Position numbers and translations under genes: made by a program. A stretch of DNA of 56,919 bases, counting the filler, from Dimargaris cristalligena (Eukaryota): the NCBI GenBank assembly GCA_003614675.1. It is 4 parts of 4 records of this genome, joined end to end, with 100 filler letters (N's around TTAATTAATTAA, not from the genome) between each part and the next. Parts side by side here need not be neighbours in the genome. Positions count along the whole stretch, not along the records: positions 28,582 to 42,698 come from ML002961.1; positions 42,799 to 56,919 come from ML002962.1; 2 more parts are not named here. The stretch is one strand, 5' to 3'. The first letter of the stretch is position 1. Every line of letters starts with the position of its first letter. This document shows, piece after piece, positions 35,484-45,754 of this stretch. The notes under the pieces are model-generated. The model searched no databases. It worked only from the letters and a program-made list of their open reading frames with translations, and was not told where the DNA came from.

Positions 35484-37202
35484 ATGAAGGTTCTCCTCGA
35501 GCTATGTAAGCGCCGGGGCTTCCTCTTCCCCTCAGCTGAGATCCACGGAGGGCTACGGGGTGCTTACGATTACGGTCCACTGGGGGTCGAACTCAAGCGG
35601 AATATCCTTTCAAGCTGGTACCGCGATCTCGTGTACGGCCGGGACGACGTGGTGGGTACCGACACGGGCATTCTTACCCCCGCCCCGGTGTTCCAGGCCT
35701 CCGGCCATTTGAGCAACTTCACCGACGACTTGGTCGATTGTTTGCTCACCCGGGAACGGTTCCGCCCCGATAAAGCGCCGCCCCTACGCTTAGAAGCCCG
35801 AACACCGGCGTCATCGACGGTTCTGCCACTTGTATCACCGGACCGTCCAACCGCGAAGTTATGGGAGGAGGCCATAACGACCCGGCTGGCTCCCGGAGCC
35901 AAGGTAACCCGGCAGGGCAATGCGGTGTTCCTGTACCCTTTAAACCCCGAGGTGGCCGGGTCGGTATCCCCCGCGAGTGATACCGCCGTGGATCTCCTCC
36001 TCGAACCCGCTGAAAGTGGCCAGGCCCCCGTGCCCATCTCTTACCACGGCTATGCCGAACCCCATTCCAACTCCCCCTTTTTAACCGCTCCCCGGGCCTT
36101 TAATTTGATGCTGAAGTCCTTTGTTGACCCCATCGATCCCATCGAAACCGTGATCCAGGAGACCCTCGCTCAGTCCCGCCGGGCATCCACTAGCTCGACC
36201 ACTGATTACCGTCAGGCAGTAGATGCGGCCATTGGTGGCTCTACAGTATTTCTCCGGCCCGAAACGGCCCAGGGGGTCTTTATGAATTACCAACACATTC
36301 AGCGCACCACGGGCCTTCAGCCTCCGTTTGGAATTGCGCAAGTCGGTAAGGCTTTCCGAAACGAATTACGCGTAGAACACGCCATTTTCCGAACCCTCGA
36401 ATTTGAGCAACTCGAGTTGGAGTATTTTGTGCCTCCTACTAATAGTACCGAGTGGTTCAGCTACTGGCGCCAACAGCGTCTGCGATGGTGGCTGGCTTAC
36501 GCCCGCCAGGCCGACCGGTTCCGGCTGCGGGACTACGAGAAGTCCGAGCTCGCCCACTACGCGTCGGGGTGCACCGACGTAGAGTTCCAATTCCCCTGGG
36601 GCTGGGACGAACTGGAAGGTGTGGCCCACCGCGGAGATTTTGATTTACGGCAGCACTTCCCGACCGCCCCCGGTAAAGCCAGCGCCGCGTTCCCCCATTG
36701 CATCGAATCATCGGCGGGTCTGAACAGGGCCCTTCTGGCCTTATTGGTGGATGCCCTGGACGTGGTTCCCCTGGCGGATGGATCCGACCCATCCTCCCCC
36801 GCCACCGCTCCCCGTGGTGGTAATAGCGCGTCGACCAGCGCTAACCGAAATATTCTCCGCCTGCACCCCCACTTGGCCCCGTACAAGGCCGCCATCATGC
36901 CCCTAGTTGCCAAACCCGAATTATTGGGCGCGGCCCAGGAATTGCAGCGCGCCTTCCGTAAGCGACGGATCCCCGTTCGCCTGGAGCCCCAGAGCCTGAA
37001 GATCGGCAAGCGTTACTACCGGCACGACGAAATTGGGACTCCCTGGTGCATTACGGTGGACTATGATACTCTGAGTGATCGTACGGTCACTATTCGGGAC
37101 CGTGATACCACAGAGCAAACCCGGGTCCGACTCGAGGATGTCCCACACATAATTCAGGAAAATTTGGCCCAGTCACCATTTACATTCACTGACATGTCCT
37201 AA
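35484..37202 (+). CDS. Bacterial-type homodimeric (alpha2, GlyQS-like) glycyl-tRNA synthetase with POLG2-like features; intronless, 572 aa
   Basis: LCKRRGFLFPSAEIHGG..YDYGPLGVELKRN, ASGHL..FTD.LVDC, PRAFNLM, LRPETAQG, PFGIAQVGKAFRNE, FRTLEFEQLELEYF, ELAHY, FPWGWDELEGVAHRGDFDL, IESSAGLNR, LRLHPHLAPYKAA, IGKRYYRHDEIGTPWCITVD, RDRDT. Confidence 0.9.
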   Translation: MKVLLELCKRRGFLFPSAEIHGGLRGAYDYGPLGVELKRNILSSWYRDLVYGRDDVVGTDTGILTPAPVFQASGHLSNFTDDLVDCLLTRERFRPDKAPPLRLEARTPASSTVLPLVSPDRPTAKLWEEAITTRLAPGAKVTRQGNAVFLYPLNPEVAGSVSPASDTAVDLLLEPAESGQAPVPISYHGYAEPHSNSPFLTAPRAFNLMLKSFVDPIDPIETVIQETLAQSRRASTSSTTDYRQAVDAAIGGSTVFLRPETAQGVFMNYQHIQRTTGLQPPFGIAQVGKAFRNELRVEHAIFRTLEFEQLELEYFVPPTNSTEWFSYWRQQRLRWWLAYARQADRFRLRDYEKSELAHYASGCTDVEFQFPWGWDELEGVAHRGDFDLRQHFPTAPGKASAAFPHCIESSAGLNRALLALLVDALDVVPLADGSDPSSPATAPRGGNSASTSANRNILRLHPHLAPYKAAIMPLVAKPELLGAAQELQRAFRKRRIPVRLEPQSLKIGKRYYRHDEIGTPWCITVDYDTLSDRTVTIRDRDTTEQTRVRLEDVPHIIQENLAQSPFTFTDMS

Positions 37203-37542
37203 GAATACCTTTGTGGGTTACGAGGCCGTGGCCTTCCTTTAGAATAATTCCGGGGAGGTCAGTCGTCGCCTTTATATAGGAAAACGACAATGGCTTTTCC
37301 CGACCTATAATGTATATAACCCTACACTAGACATACTGGTCAATAAATCGACGGCGACTTGTGGAATCATAGATCGCGTTCCGCTCTCTTAGTCGTATGT
37401 GAGTGAGACACAAAGATAGGATATGCTTTATTTGCTGACGCGCACTATTGACTACTACATTGTGCCAATGGTAGGTTGAATTAGGTGTTCCTTCCGTTGA
37501 TCTGCCTTCTTAATATACATTGGGTGGATTGTTGGTATTGTT

Positions 37543-38703
37543 CTAGACACTACCTTTGGGGATCTGTCCGATTTTATTTAATTTCGTGTCCAAAAACTTG
37601 TATTTGGGCAAGGCCTAGGGGGTACACAACAAGATGGCATGATGAATTGCGAGGGTATGTACAGGTAGTTAGTTAATCCACGAAGCTAAGTAGGTTCGGA
37701 AAGTTTCGCATCGCAGTTGGTAATATATATTAGATGCGGGGCTTTCACAGCCCGTAACATTAGAAACTTACAATAGCCCACACTTTTCCGAAAAGCAGAC
37801 CCATGGGGAGAGGTCCGTATAGTCGGGAGTCGATCGAATAGCCCATATTGTCCCCCTGAATCCAGATATGACCCGGGGGTACCTAAATCAAACAATATAG
37901 AGGAGTTATATGTGCGTATTAATATGCGCAACACATTTAGGGAACTACTGCTATATTACAGCGCGATCGAATCACCGGCATTGGAATGTTATATGATTTG
38001 TGAGCCCAACAATGTTACATAGTCTTCCTACCTCGATCGTGGGGCTGTCCGATTTGCGGGGATCGTGGATTATTCGGTCACCGGGCTAATCATTAAGTAG
38101 ATATGGCAGGGATACCTTATTGATAAGATGAGTTACGGGTATCAAAGGGGCGACAGTTCAAAGGTTCGGTCAAGACTAATGTGAGTATAGACATGTTCCC
38201 TTAAAATCACAAAGGCAAAATGGGTATAACTTACCATGCCCAGTAGTCGCTTACAAATCAAGCGATTAGGATCGCTCGGGCTAACACACAGAACTACATC
38301 GCCGGGTTTCAGCCACCCCATTCGATGGCTGATTCGGTCGTAAGCGAGCCAGTCCCCTTGGACATGCAGGGTGGGTAGCATAGACGGGCCGTCGGACTAA
38401 GCGATAGGGATGAGTATATTAGAATCAATTATATGAAACCAGCCAGTGCGGTGGAGTTAGAGTACAATCTCACCGGCCAATATTGGGGTGCGTGCGTAAG
38501 CTTCAGCAAGGGAACCCTGGGTCGTTCGCCAGGAGTAGAGTGTCAAAAGTCGAGACGGTCCCGTTACTTACCTGGGAGATACTACCGACGTTATCTTTAA
38601 AAACCGAGTAAAGTAGATACCCTTGGGCTGTGGTAAATGTGACTGCCTGGACGAAATGGCCGGACCGATTCCACCAGGCTTTGAGATTTGCGGTAAAGGA
38701 CAT
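37543..38703 (-). CDS. IMP1: Mitochondrial inner membrane protease subunit 1 (S26); exons 38703-38572, 38396-38235, 38085-38032, 37882-37772, 37614-37543
   Basis: Catalytic Ser in GPSMLPTL, Lys in ICKRLLGMPGD, and VPPGHIWIQGDN...SIDSRLYGPLP; GT-AG introns in phase. Confidence 0.88.
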
Positions 38704-39049
38704 GTCGTTCGAATGCGCGCGTCCCTGATGGCAAGGCGGTAGAGGAGCAAGTAAGACCTTATAAGCAAACCTTAACAAAAAAGGTAGTCGGACCAAGTTG
38801 GATTCCGAGCAATGGAGATTTGGAGGATCATAGGGGTAAAGTGCTAGAGAGTGGGGCAGTTTTCAGCCGCATCCCACTTACACCCACATCCCCGGCCTTG
38901 GTGGTTTCTGGTGTAACTCTTTCAGCCTGACCTCTTAGGTCCGACTTCGCATTGCCTTTGAATGATTTCTTCAGCTTGACCACTAAGCGCAATATTATTT
39001 ACCCAACCATTGTCAGGCCTATTGACGATAGCCGCGAACTGTATTGGCC

Positions 39050-40741
39050 ATGTACCCCAGCGAAGTGGAGTTTTTACGACAGTGGCCAAAGGCCCTTGGC
39101 TTTATTCAGCAGGACCAAGTACATGCCTTGCAATCCCTTGCCAGTCAACTCGGAGCTAATTTAAACGGTAAGGGAGAGGGCGGCGACTTGGAAGTATACT
39201 ACTAACACTCCCCTTCAAGGTATTCCAGTTGGGGGGATATCATTTCCCTTGAATGTGGACCACCATTCCTCATACTCAGCAGTATTCAGCGATATCCAAT
39301 AATGTAATTGACTATTCGGCAATGGTATGTAGCCTTCGTCGTACACCAAGATAAGCACGGGGATACCTTGGCCCACTTTGCGGCCCGCCACCACGCTCTC
39401 GGCTGCCTCCACTGGCTAGTGGATGAGGCGGGGGCTGACCCAAATATTATTAACCAGCATGGTAAGTGCCTTTTTCTCAGATATCTCACCCTGAGCTCGT
39501 TATAGTGTAGCCTCACAAACGAACGATATATATCCTTCTCTGCCATGTGTGCTGTCGTGTTTGGTTATTAAGTACTCCTTATGTTCTGGGCTGCTATTCA
39601 CTGGGCCCCCGTTGACTTCGATAGGTCGCTCAATTCTACATGAGGCTGTAGATGATCTACCCTGCCTCGAGTACCTTCTCCAATTCAGTAAGAGGGAGAG
39701 TGGCCAGCGGGTATATATCGACATTAACCATGCCAAGCGAGGCGGCTGGACAGTTCTACACACAGCCGCCTTGAAGGGCAACGCCTCGCTAGTTTCCCTT
39801 TTACTTGATCATGGTGCGGAACCCCGCCTTCGCAATAAAGATGGCTACACACCAGTCCATCTGGCCAGTCAGTATAACCAACTGACTGCCCTTCAACTCA
39901 TGGTGAGGGCCCAACCTAGCTCGGCCCTTTTGGCCACACGAAACGGACGTTTACCAATTCATCTGGCTGCCCGGCAGGGCGGTCGAGAGGTGGTCCTTTG
40001 GTTCCTCGAGGCCGCTAGCGAGAACCGTCATCGGGACCACCCTACTGCAGGCGGGGTCAGTGATTCAGCTGGCGGGTGGTCAGTCCCGGCTATGTTAGAG
40101 GCGGAGGATAGTGCAGGGGCTGATGTGCTCCAAGACGCTGTCGTAAGTGGGTCGGTCCCTTTACTCAGTGCACTTCTCCACCCGGAGACAACATCCCCCT
40201 GGCGAGACTTCCTACTAGCCTCCCATCGGCTCACCCGGCCCGAACACTCTACTGGCAAGACCATTCTCCACCTGGCCTGTATGGCTAACCACTTGCTAGT
40301 CCTGGAATATCTTTACCAACATGATATGGTGGGTGACCCAAATGTGCGCGACACCTGGGATGGCTGGTCCCCACTGATGTACTCGGCCCGGTATGGGGAT
40401 GTTAATATCATTGATTTTTTAATACGCCGGTGCCAGGCTAACAAACAACTTACCGACCGGCATGGGCGAACGGCTCTTGATATTGGTAAGTTATTTGCCA
40501 TATTAATATATATTCGACCTTATTTTGTATTTACATTATGAAGCTCCTGGTCATTTGCACGCGAGAATGGGGTTTAGCAGGTATATTGGTAAAATATGGT
40601 ACCCTAATGGGTTGGTGAGTTATAAAACATTAACCCTTCTATATTTTTTTTTTAAAAAATCCAATATCGCTCTGTGGTCTACTATTAGCGCTCATGTGGA
40701 AGCGACCACCAGCCGTCATGGATCTGCTAGGGCCACCCTGA
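39050..40741 (+). CDS. Ankyrin-repeat protein, ANKRD16-like; exons 39050-39167, 39333-39461, 39625-40485, 40689-40741
   Basis: Consecutive ankyrin repeats GDTLAHFAARH, GRSILHEAV, GWTVLHTAA, RNKDGYTPVHLA, GRLPIHLAA, AEDSAGADVLQDAV, GKTILHLAC, GWSPLMYSA, GRTALDIA. The first exon and intron 1 acceptor are less certain. Confidence 0.8.
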
Positions 40742-41014
40742 TACAAATATTCAAACCACTCGATTTCTATATTACCGTATCAGATAATACATTTCATAGC
40801 ATTTATGGAAAACCAACCAAACTCTATCACTAAAAATACACTACAATTATAATTTCCGTAATTATTGGAGTAATTTGACGGTCGTTTTATTAGCTGGACT
40901 GCTGGTTACGATGAGCGCGACTTGTAAACGAGTTGTCGTAAACGTAAATTACTTGGAGATGTCCTACAAATGAATCATTCCAAACGGCAGTATAAGTTAC
41001 CGTTTCACAAATCA

Positions 41015-42134
41015 CTACATTCCGATGTGTATTTTCCTATGTTCTGTGAGATTATTAGATTGTGCGAATGATGCAGGGTAAATAGTACATGTATAAGGCT
41101 TCTCCCCAGTATGCAATCGCATATGCCTCGTGAGACTACCGGACTGTGAAAATGAGTTTGGGCAGATTGGGCAGATATAAGGCTTCTCCCCGGTGTGAGT
41201 TCGTAAATGTGCTGAGAGATGACTGGATTGTAAAAACGACTTCGGGCAATATATGCAGGTAAAGGTCCTCGTCCCGACATGGGCTCGCAAATGTGCCGAG
41301 GGCTTACTGTGCTGTAAAAATAATTTGGGGCAGTTTTCGCAGTTTAAATGTTTCTCCCTGGTGTGTTGGCATATGTTTCTTGAGATTACGAGCGTTGGAA
41401 AGTGATTTTTTGCAAACGTCACGTATATGGGTCTTCGCTTTTGGCCGTGATCCTAAATCGGACTTGATTCGCTTCTGGTCCGACATTGATCGTCCGGCTT
41501 GATCACTGACGGACAGTTTCCGCCTGTTGGGCAATGCCGTGTTTATTTTAGAATGAATGGGCCTCACAGGTATACGTCGGTTGTGACGACGAGTGTCGGG
41601 ATCTAATTCCACTACCTGCCTTACCTGCCGCTGGAGGGGACTGCCTCCGGATGCCAATGTATTTGTAACGGCGGGATCCCAGTCCATAATGGACGGATCA
41701 CCAAGTACTACCGGCTCTAAAAAAGCACGGTCACTCCCACTGCTAGCGTCAGTTGTACCTAATACGCCACCCTCAGCATAGGGAAAGGATCTCGCCGACA
41801 CGAGTTGGTTGCTGAGGTAGTCAGAGCCAAAGTATTTTTCTGACTGGTGGAGTCCTGTGTCATCGGTATTACTCATGGTCGCTTCGAGCTGTTTAATGAA
41901 TTGACCCAATCCGTCCCTATCTAACAGACTTATACGGTCAAATATCAAGGATAGCAGTGGGTTTGTGGAGCGGGGCACTGCGAATGTCCTAGTGACTGCA
42001 GCACTGATACCCAACTGAGAACTATGGGTATAGGAAAACGGGTCGGCTGGGTCAAGTTCGGGATTGTTTGCTTCAGAACCACAAATCATGGACAGTACTG
42101 CCAGAACAACGCTGGATACTTTGAACACACGCAT
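41015..42134 (-). pseudogene. Signal peptide + basic NLS-like segment + five C2H2 zinc fingers (two degenerate); frameshift at ~41361-41366
   Basis: ORF from ATG 42134 (MRVFKVSSVVLAVLSMICGSEA) runs to a degenerate finger RDVC..HMPTH. The finger array continues in another frame (41015-41422) with TGEKPY linkers. Restoring one AC unit in AACACACC joins the two frames. Confidence 0.75.
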
Positions 42135-42698
42135 TTTTGGACAGCTGTTCAAGAATAATTTAAAGTGAAAGATAAAAGAAAGTGGGTTAAGACAAAGACA
42201 AGAAAAAATGACTGTAATGGTTCAACCATTTACCTCTGAAGATATATTTTGCATACAAAATGGATAGTATAGTGAATAACGTACTTTTGACCATGTTCAA
42301 TTTCAAGTATGTGAGAAGAGGGGACATACCATATCGGTAAATACTGGGGTTAGCAAATATATATATATTGCCTGAATGTGTCTATAGATGATGGCGACGA
42401 TGTTTGCAAACAAAGAGTGCTTCCAAGTCTCATAGGGGTGTCCTATGCACCTTAAAGTGTGCGTATGACTAGTATCTGGGAGTATACCATTGTTACACCA
42501 TGTCGCCCGAGTTAACCACTCTTAGTCCGTCAAGAGTCTCGGGGGTAGGCTTCTAACAGTAGGCGGGGCGTTGGACATGGCCAAGCGGGCTACTAGTGTT
42601 AGGGGGGGTGACAAGACTAACCGAATAAAGCAAGCGTAAGTTGTAGGTGAGGTCCGTGCACTAGATGCACACTTACTGGTCAGTACTAGGGGGTGATT

Positions 42699-42798
42699 NN
42701 NNNNNNNNNNNNNNNNNNNNNNNNNNNNNNNNNNNNNNNNNNTTAATTAATTAANNNNNNNNNNNNNNNNNNNNNNNNNNNNNNNNNNNNNNNNNNNN
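42699..42798. other. Artificial contig linker
   Basis: Same spacer. Confidence 0.98.
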
Positions 42799-44032
42799 CA
42801 ACACTTTATGACCTCATAGTCTAGAAAACATCGCCTCCTCTCACGGTTTCAGCGATAACGGCTATTTCTAGGCAACGAGTTCAATGTTGACGCCCGTTTC
42901 GGATTAAAAGAAATATATATAGTAATGATCCGGTCTTGATAAAACCAATAAAGAAATTGATAAAAATAAGCTTCCCTCAATCCTGCACTATGCAGCAGTA
43001 CACACCCACCTATCTTAAGGACGGGGGTATACCTACAACTCTACCTTACTTATATTATAATAAAAGTCAGTTTCAATGGTCGAAATGGTAATTGCGGTAT
43101 CTATTCTATCGTTGTGCATGGTATGATAAAGATAGGAAGTAATATAATTACAGTAATATCTTATAGAAACTAGATATAATATAACCATACAAGTAGTGCT
43201 ATTGGCACTACTGACCTATGCTATTAGCAGGCTCCACAATAGTATTAAATTACCCATATCGGATGATCATAATAATGTTACAAAGCCACCAAAGTATACC
43301 CAAATCATGGTCACCGGGAAATCAGCGTAGCAAAAATAAACAATTGAAATAATAGATATGCTAATAACGATCCCATTCGCACTGAATAAGGTTCCACCGC
43401 TGTTCCCTAAGTAGGGCATTCTCGACTAAATAGAGTACCCGATGGCATCTATCCATTCACCACTTGAATCATCTACCCTAATTTTTCGATTCACATAAAC
43501 CTAATTACCCATCAACTAACTCCCGAAATGCATCATGATCAAGCCCTATGTTGCCTACAGTGTAATTACGCATTTAGTTCAGTGACACGGTTAATTTTTT
43601 GGATAGACTAGGAACGGTACGGCGTGTATAGACAATACTGTAAGAGTAAAAGCGGGGGGGGGGAGGGAAGAAGCTACCAGTCATATAATAGTAATGAAAC
43701 GAAAACGAGAGTGGGGGCGGAGAGCGAAAGTAATGAAGAAACGAAAAAACTGACATTTAAAGGAATATATAAAGGAAAATATACGAACATAGGTGGAGCA
43801 AACAATGGGAGGAGGGGATTAAAGTGAGGGAGTAAAACTCCACCATACCCCCCAGGGGATTAGTGTCCAAAAGCCCCCGGAAGAGACGATGGTCAGTGGT
43901 CTCATTCGAATGCCTTGGGTATCTACCGCCCACTGGGTGTCCTTACGCCCCTATCCATCGTAAAAGAGAAGGGGGTTTAATGTGTATGGGTGTGCGTGTG
44001 AGTATTTATGTAAATATTGGAATGGGGGAAAT

Positions 44033-45754
44033 CTACATCATCATGGTTTCAACACCACCGGCCTCCTGCTGCTCCTTAGCGAACAGCTCGAAGTACTGGT
44101 AAATGATGGTCACGGCCAACAGGATACCGGTACCGGACCCGATGGCGCCCATCATATCAGCGGAGACGGACAGGGCACCAATGACCAGACCACCGACGGT
44201 GGCAGCGGTCGGGATGATGCGCTTGAGTTCCTTGTACATGGAGGTATCACGGTAACCGGCAATAACGGTCTGGTGGGAACGGAGTTCTTTGGCCACGTCA
44301 CGGGGAGACGAACCGGATACTTCGATCCAGGTCCGGGAGAACACGGCGCAGATGGTGAGCATAAAGGCCACGTACAGGACGAAGTGAATCGGGTCTTTAA
44401 GGGCTTCGAAAATGCTGTGGGGTGGGGTCATGAAATAGGCAAGACCGCTGGTGGCGTAGAACTGGCTGGAGCCTTCATGAGGTTCCCAGACACCGAAGAG
44501 GCGGACCAGGAAGTTTTCGGGGAAGCGGGTGTAGAGCATCTGGGAGATGAAGAACACGTTAGAAGTCAGGGCGGACTGCAGCATGATGGGCATGTTGGAG
44601 GTGTAGAACAGCTTGATGGGGTAGACGGCACGGTGACCACGGAAGCGGTTGGACTTGATGGGGATCTCCACACGGAAACCCTGGAGGTAGATAACCACGG
44701 CGAAGATGAGCACGGTAGCCATGAGGTTGGTGATGTTGGGTAGGTTGGAGCGGTAGAAGGCCTCCTTGAGGGCCCGGGCCTTATCCTTGCGCACGAAGAG
44801 AAGGTGGAACAAACTGATGATGGCGCCTTCAAACTCGGGACCACGGCCGGTGTTGATGGTGGTGGGGCTCAATGCTTGCCAGATGATAGTCTCACAGATG
44901 TTGGTGGCAATGAACAGGTTGATACCGGAACCCAGACCATAACCCTTTTGCAGGAGTTCGTCGAGGAGGATCACAATCATACCGGCCACGAAGAGCTGGA
45001 TAATCAACAACAGACAGATACCAGCACCGAGCTGCTTGGGATCACCGTAAAGACCGGTCATCACGGACACGGTACCTTGGCCGAATGTGATGAGCATGGC
45101 GAACAATTTTTGGGCGCCGCTGAACAGGGCACGGTCCTCGCGGACACTGTAATCGACATCAATTATATTGGCGCCCGCCAGGAGCTGCATAATCATTCCG
45201 GACGTGATAATGGGGGTGATACCCAGTTCCATCAGTGTACCACGGTTGGAAGCCAGAATCACACGCATCCAGTAAAGCGGGTCAGACGAGTCAGTGGACA
45301 CAATACCGTACAGAGGCACCTGCGAGCACACTAAGAAAATGAACAGAGTGATGGCGGTCCAGAGCATCTGTTGGCGGAAAGGCACTTTACGGTCAGGCGA
45401 GGCGATCTCGGGGATCACGGCCATAAAAGGCCGGATCAGATGAAGGAAACGGACTGGGGAGGGGGTCAATGCGTGATGTTAGAATAAAGGGCAATGGATG
45501 AGTTTCAAGCGGTTGGGGTCAAGCGGGGAGTTACGGGTCGTTGTCCACAGAGGGACATATCGGTGGTCCAAACCCAGATGATGGGCCCTTCGGGGCGCCC
45601 TCGCCGCCTGGGTTTGGCCAGCGCGTGGACACCGGCCCCGCGACACGACCGAAGCCCAGATGATGGGTTCAGGTCGCGTTCGGAGACCATTAGCCCCGGA
45701 CGTGATATCGCTGGATGACAAGGGCGGAGTAGCAGAGGTATACTTACATCCCAT
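44033..45754 (-). CDS. SEC61: Sec61 translocon alpha subunit; exons 45754-45748 (ATGGGAT) and 45453-44033
   Basis: Spliced start [69 protein letters not shown]. Confidence 0.96.

Noticed and set aside
14217-42798. Repeated TTAATTAATTAA flanked by Ns as a biological motif, and any cross-contig 'cluster' such as IMPDH + TF + MetH + Moco sulfurase
   Set aside because: These are identical 100-nt synthetic linkers joining similarly sized contigs; neighbours across them are not physically linked.
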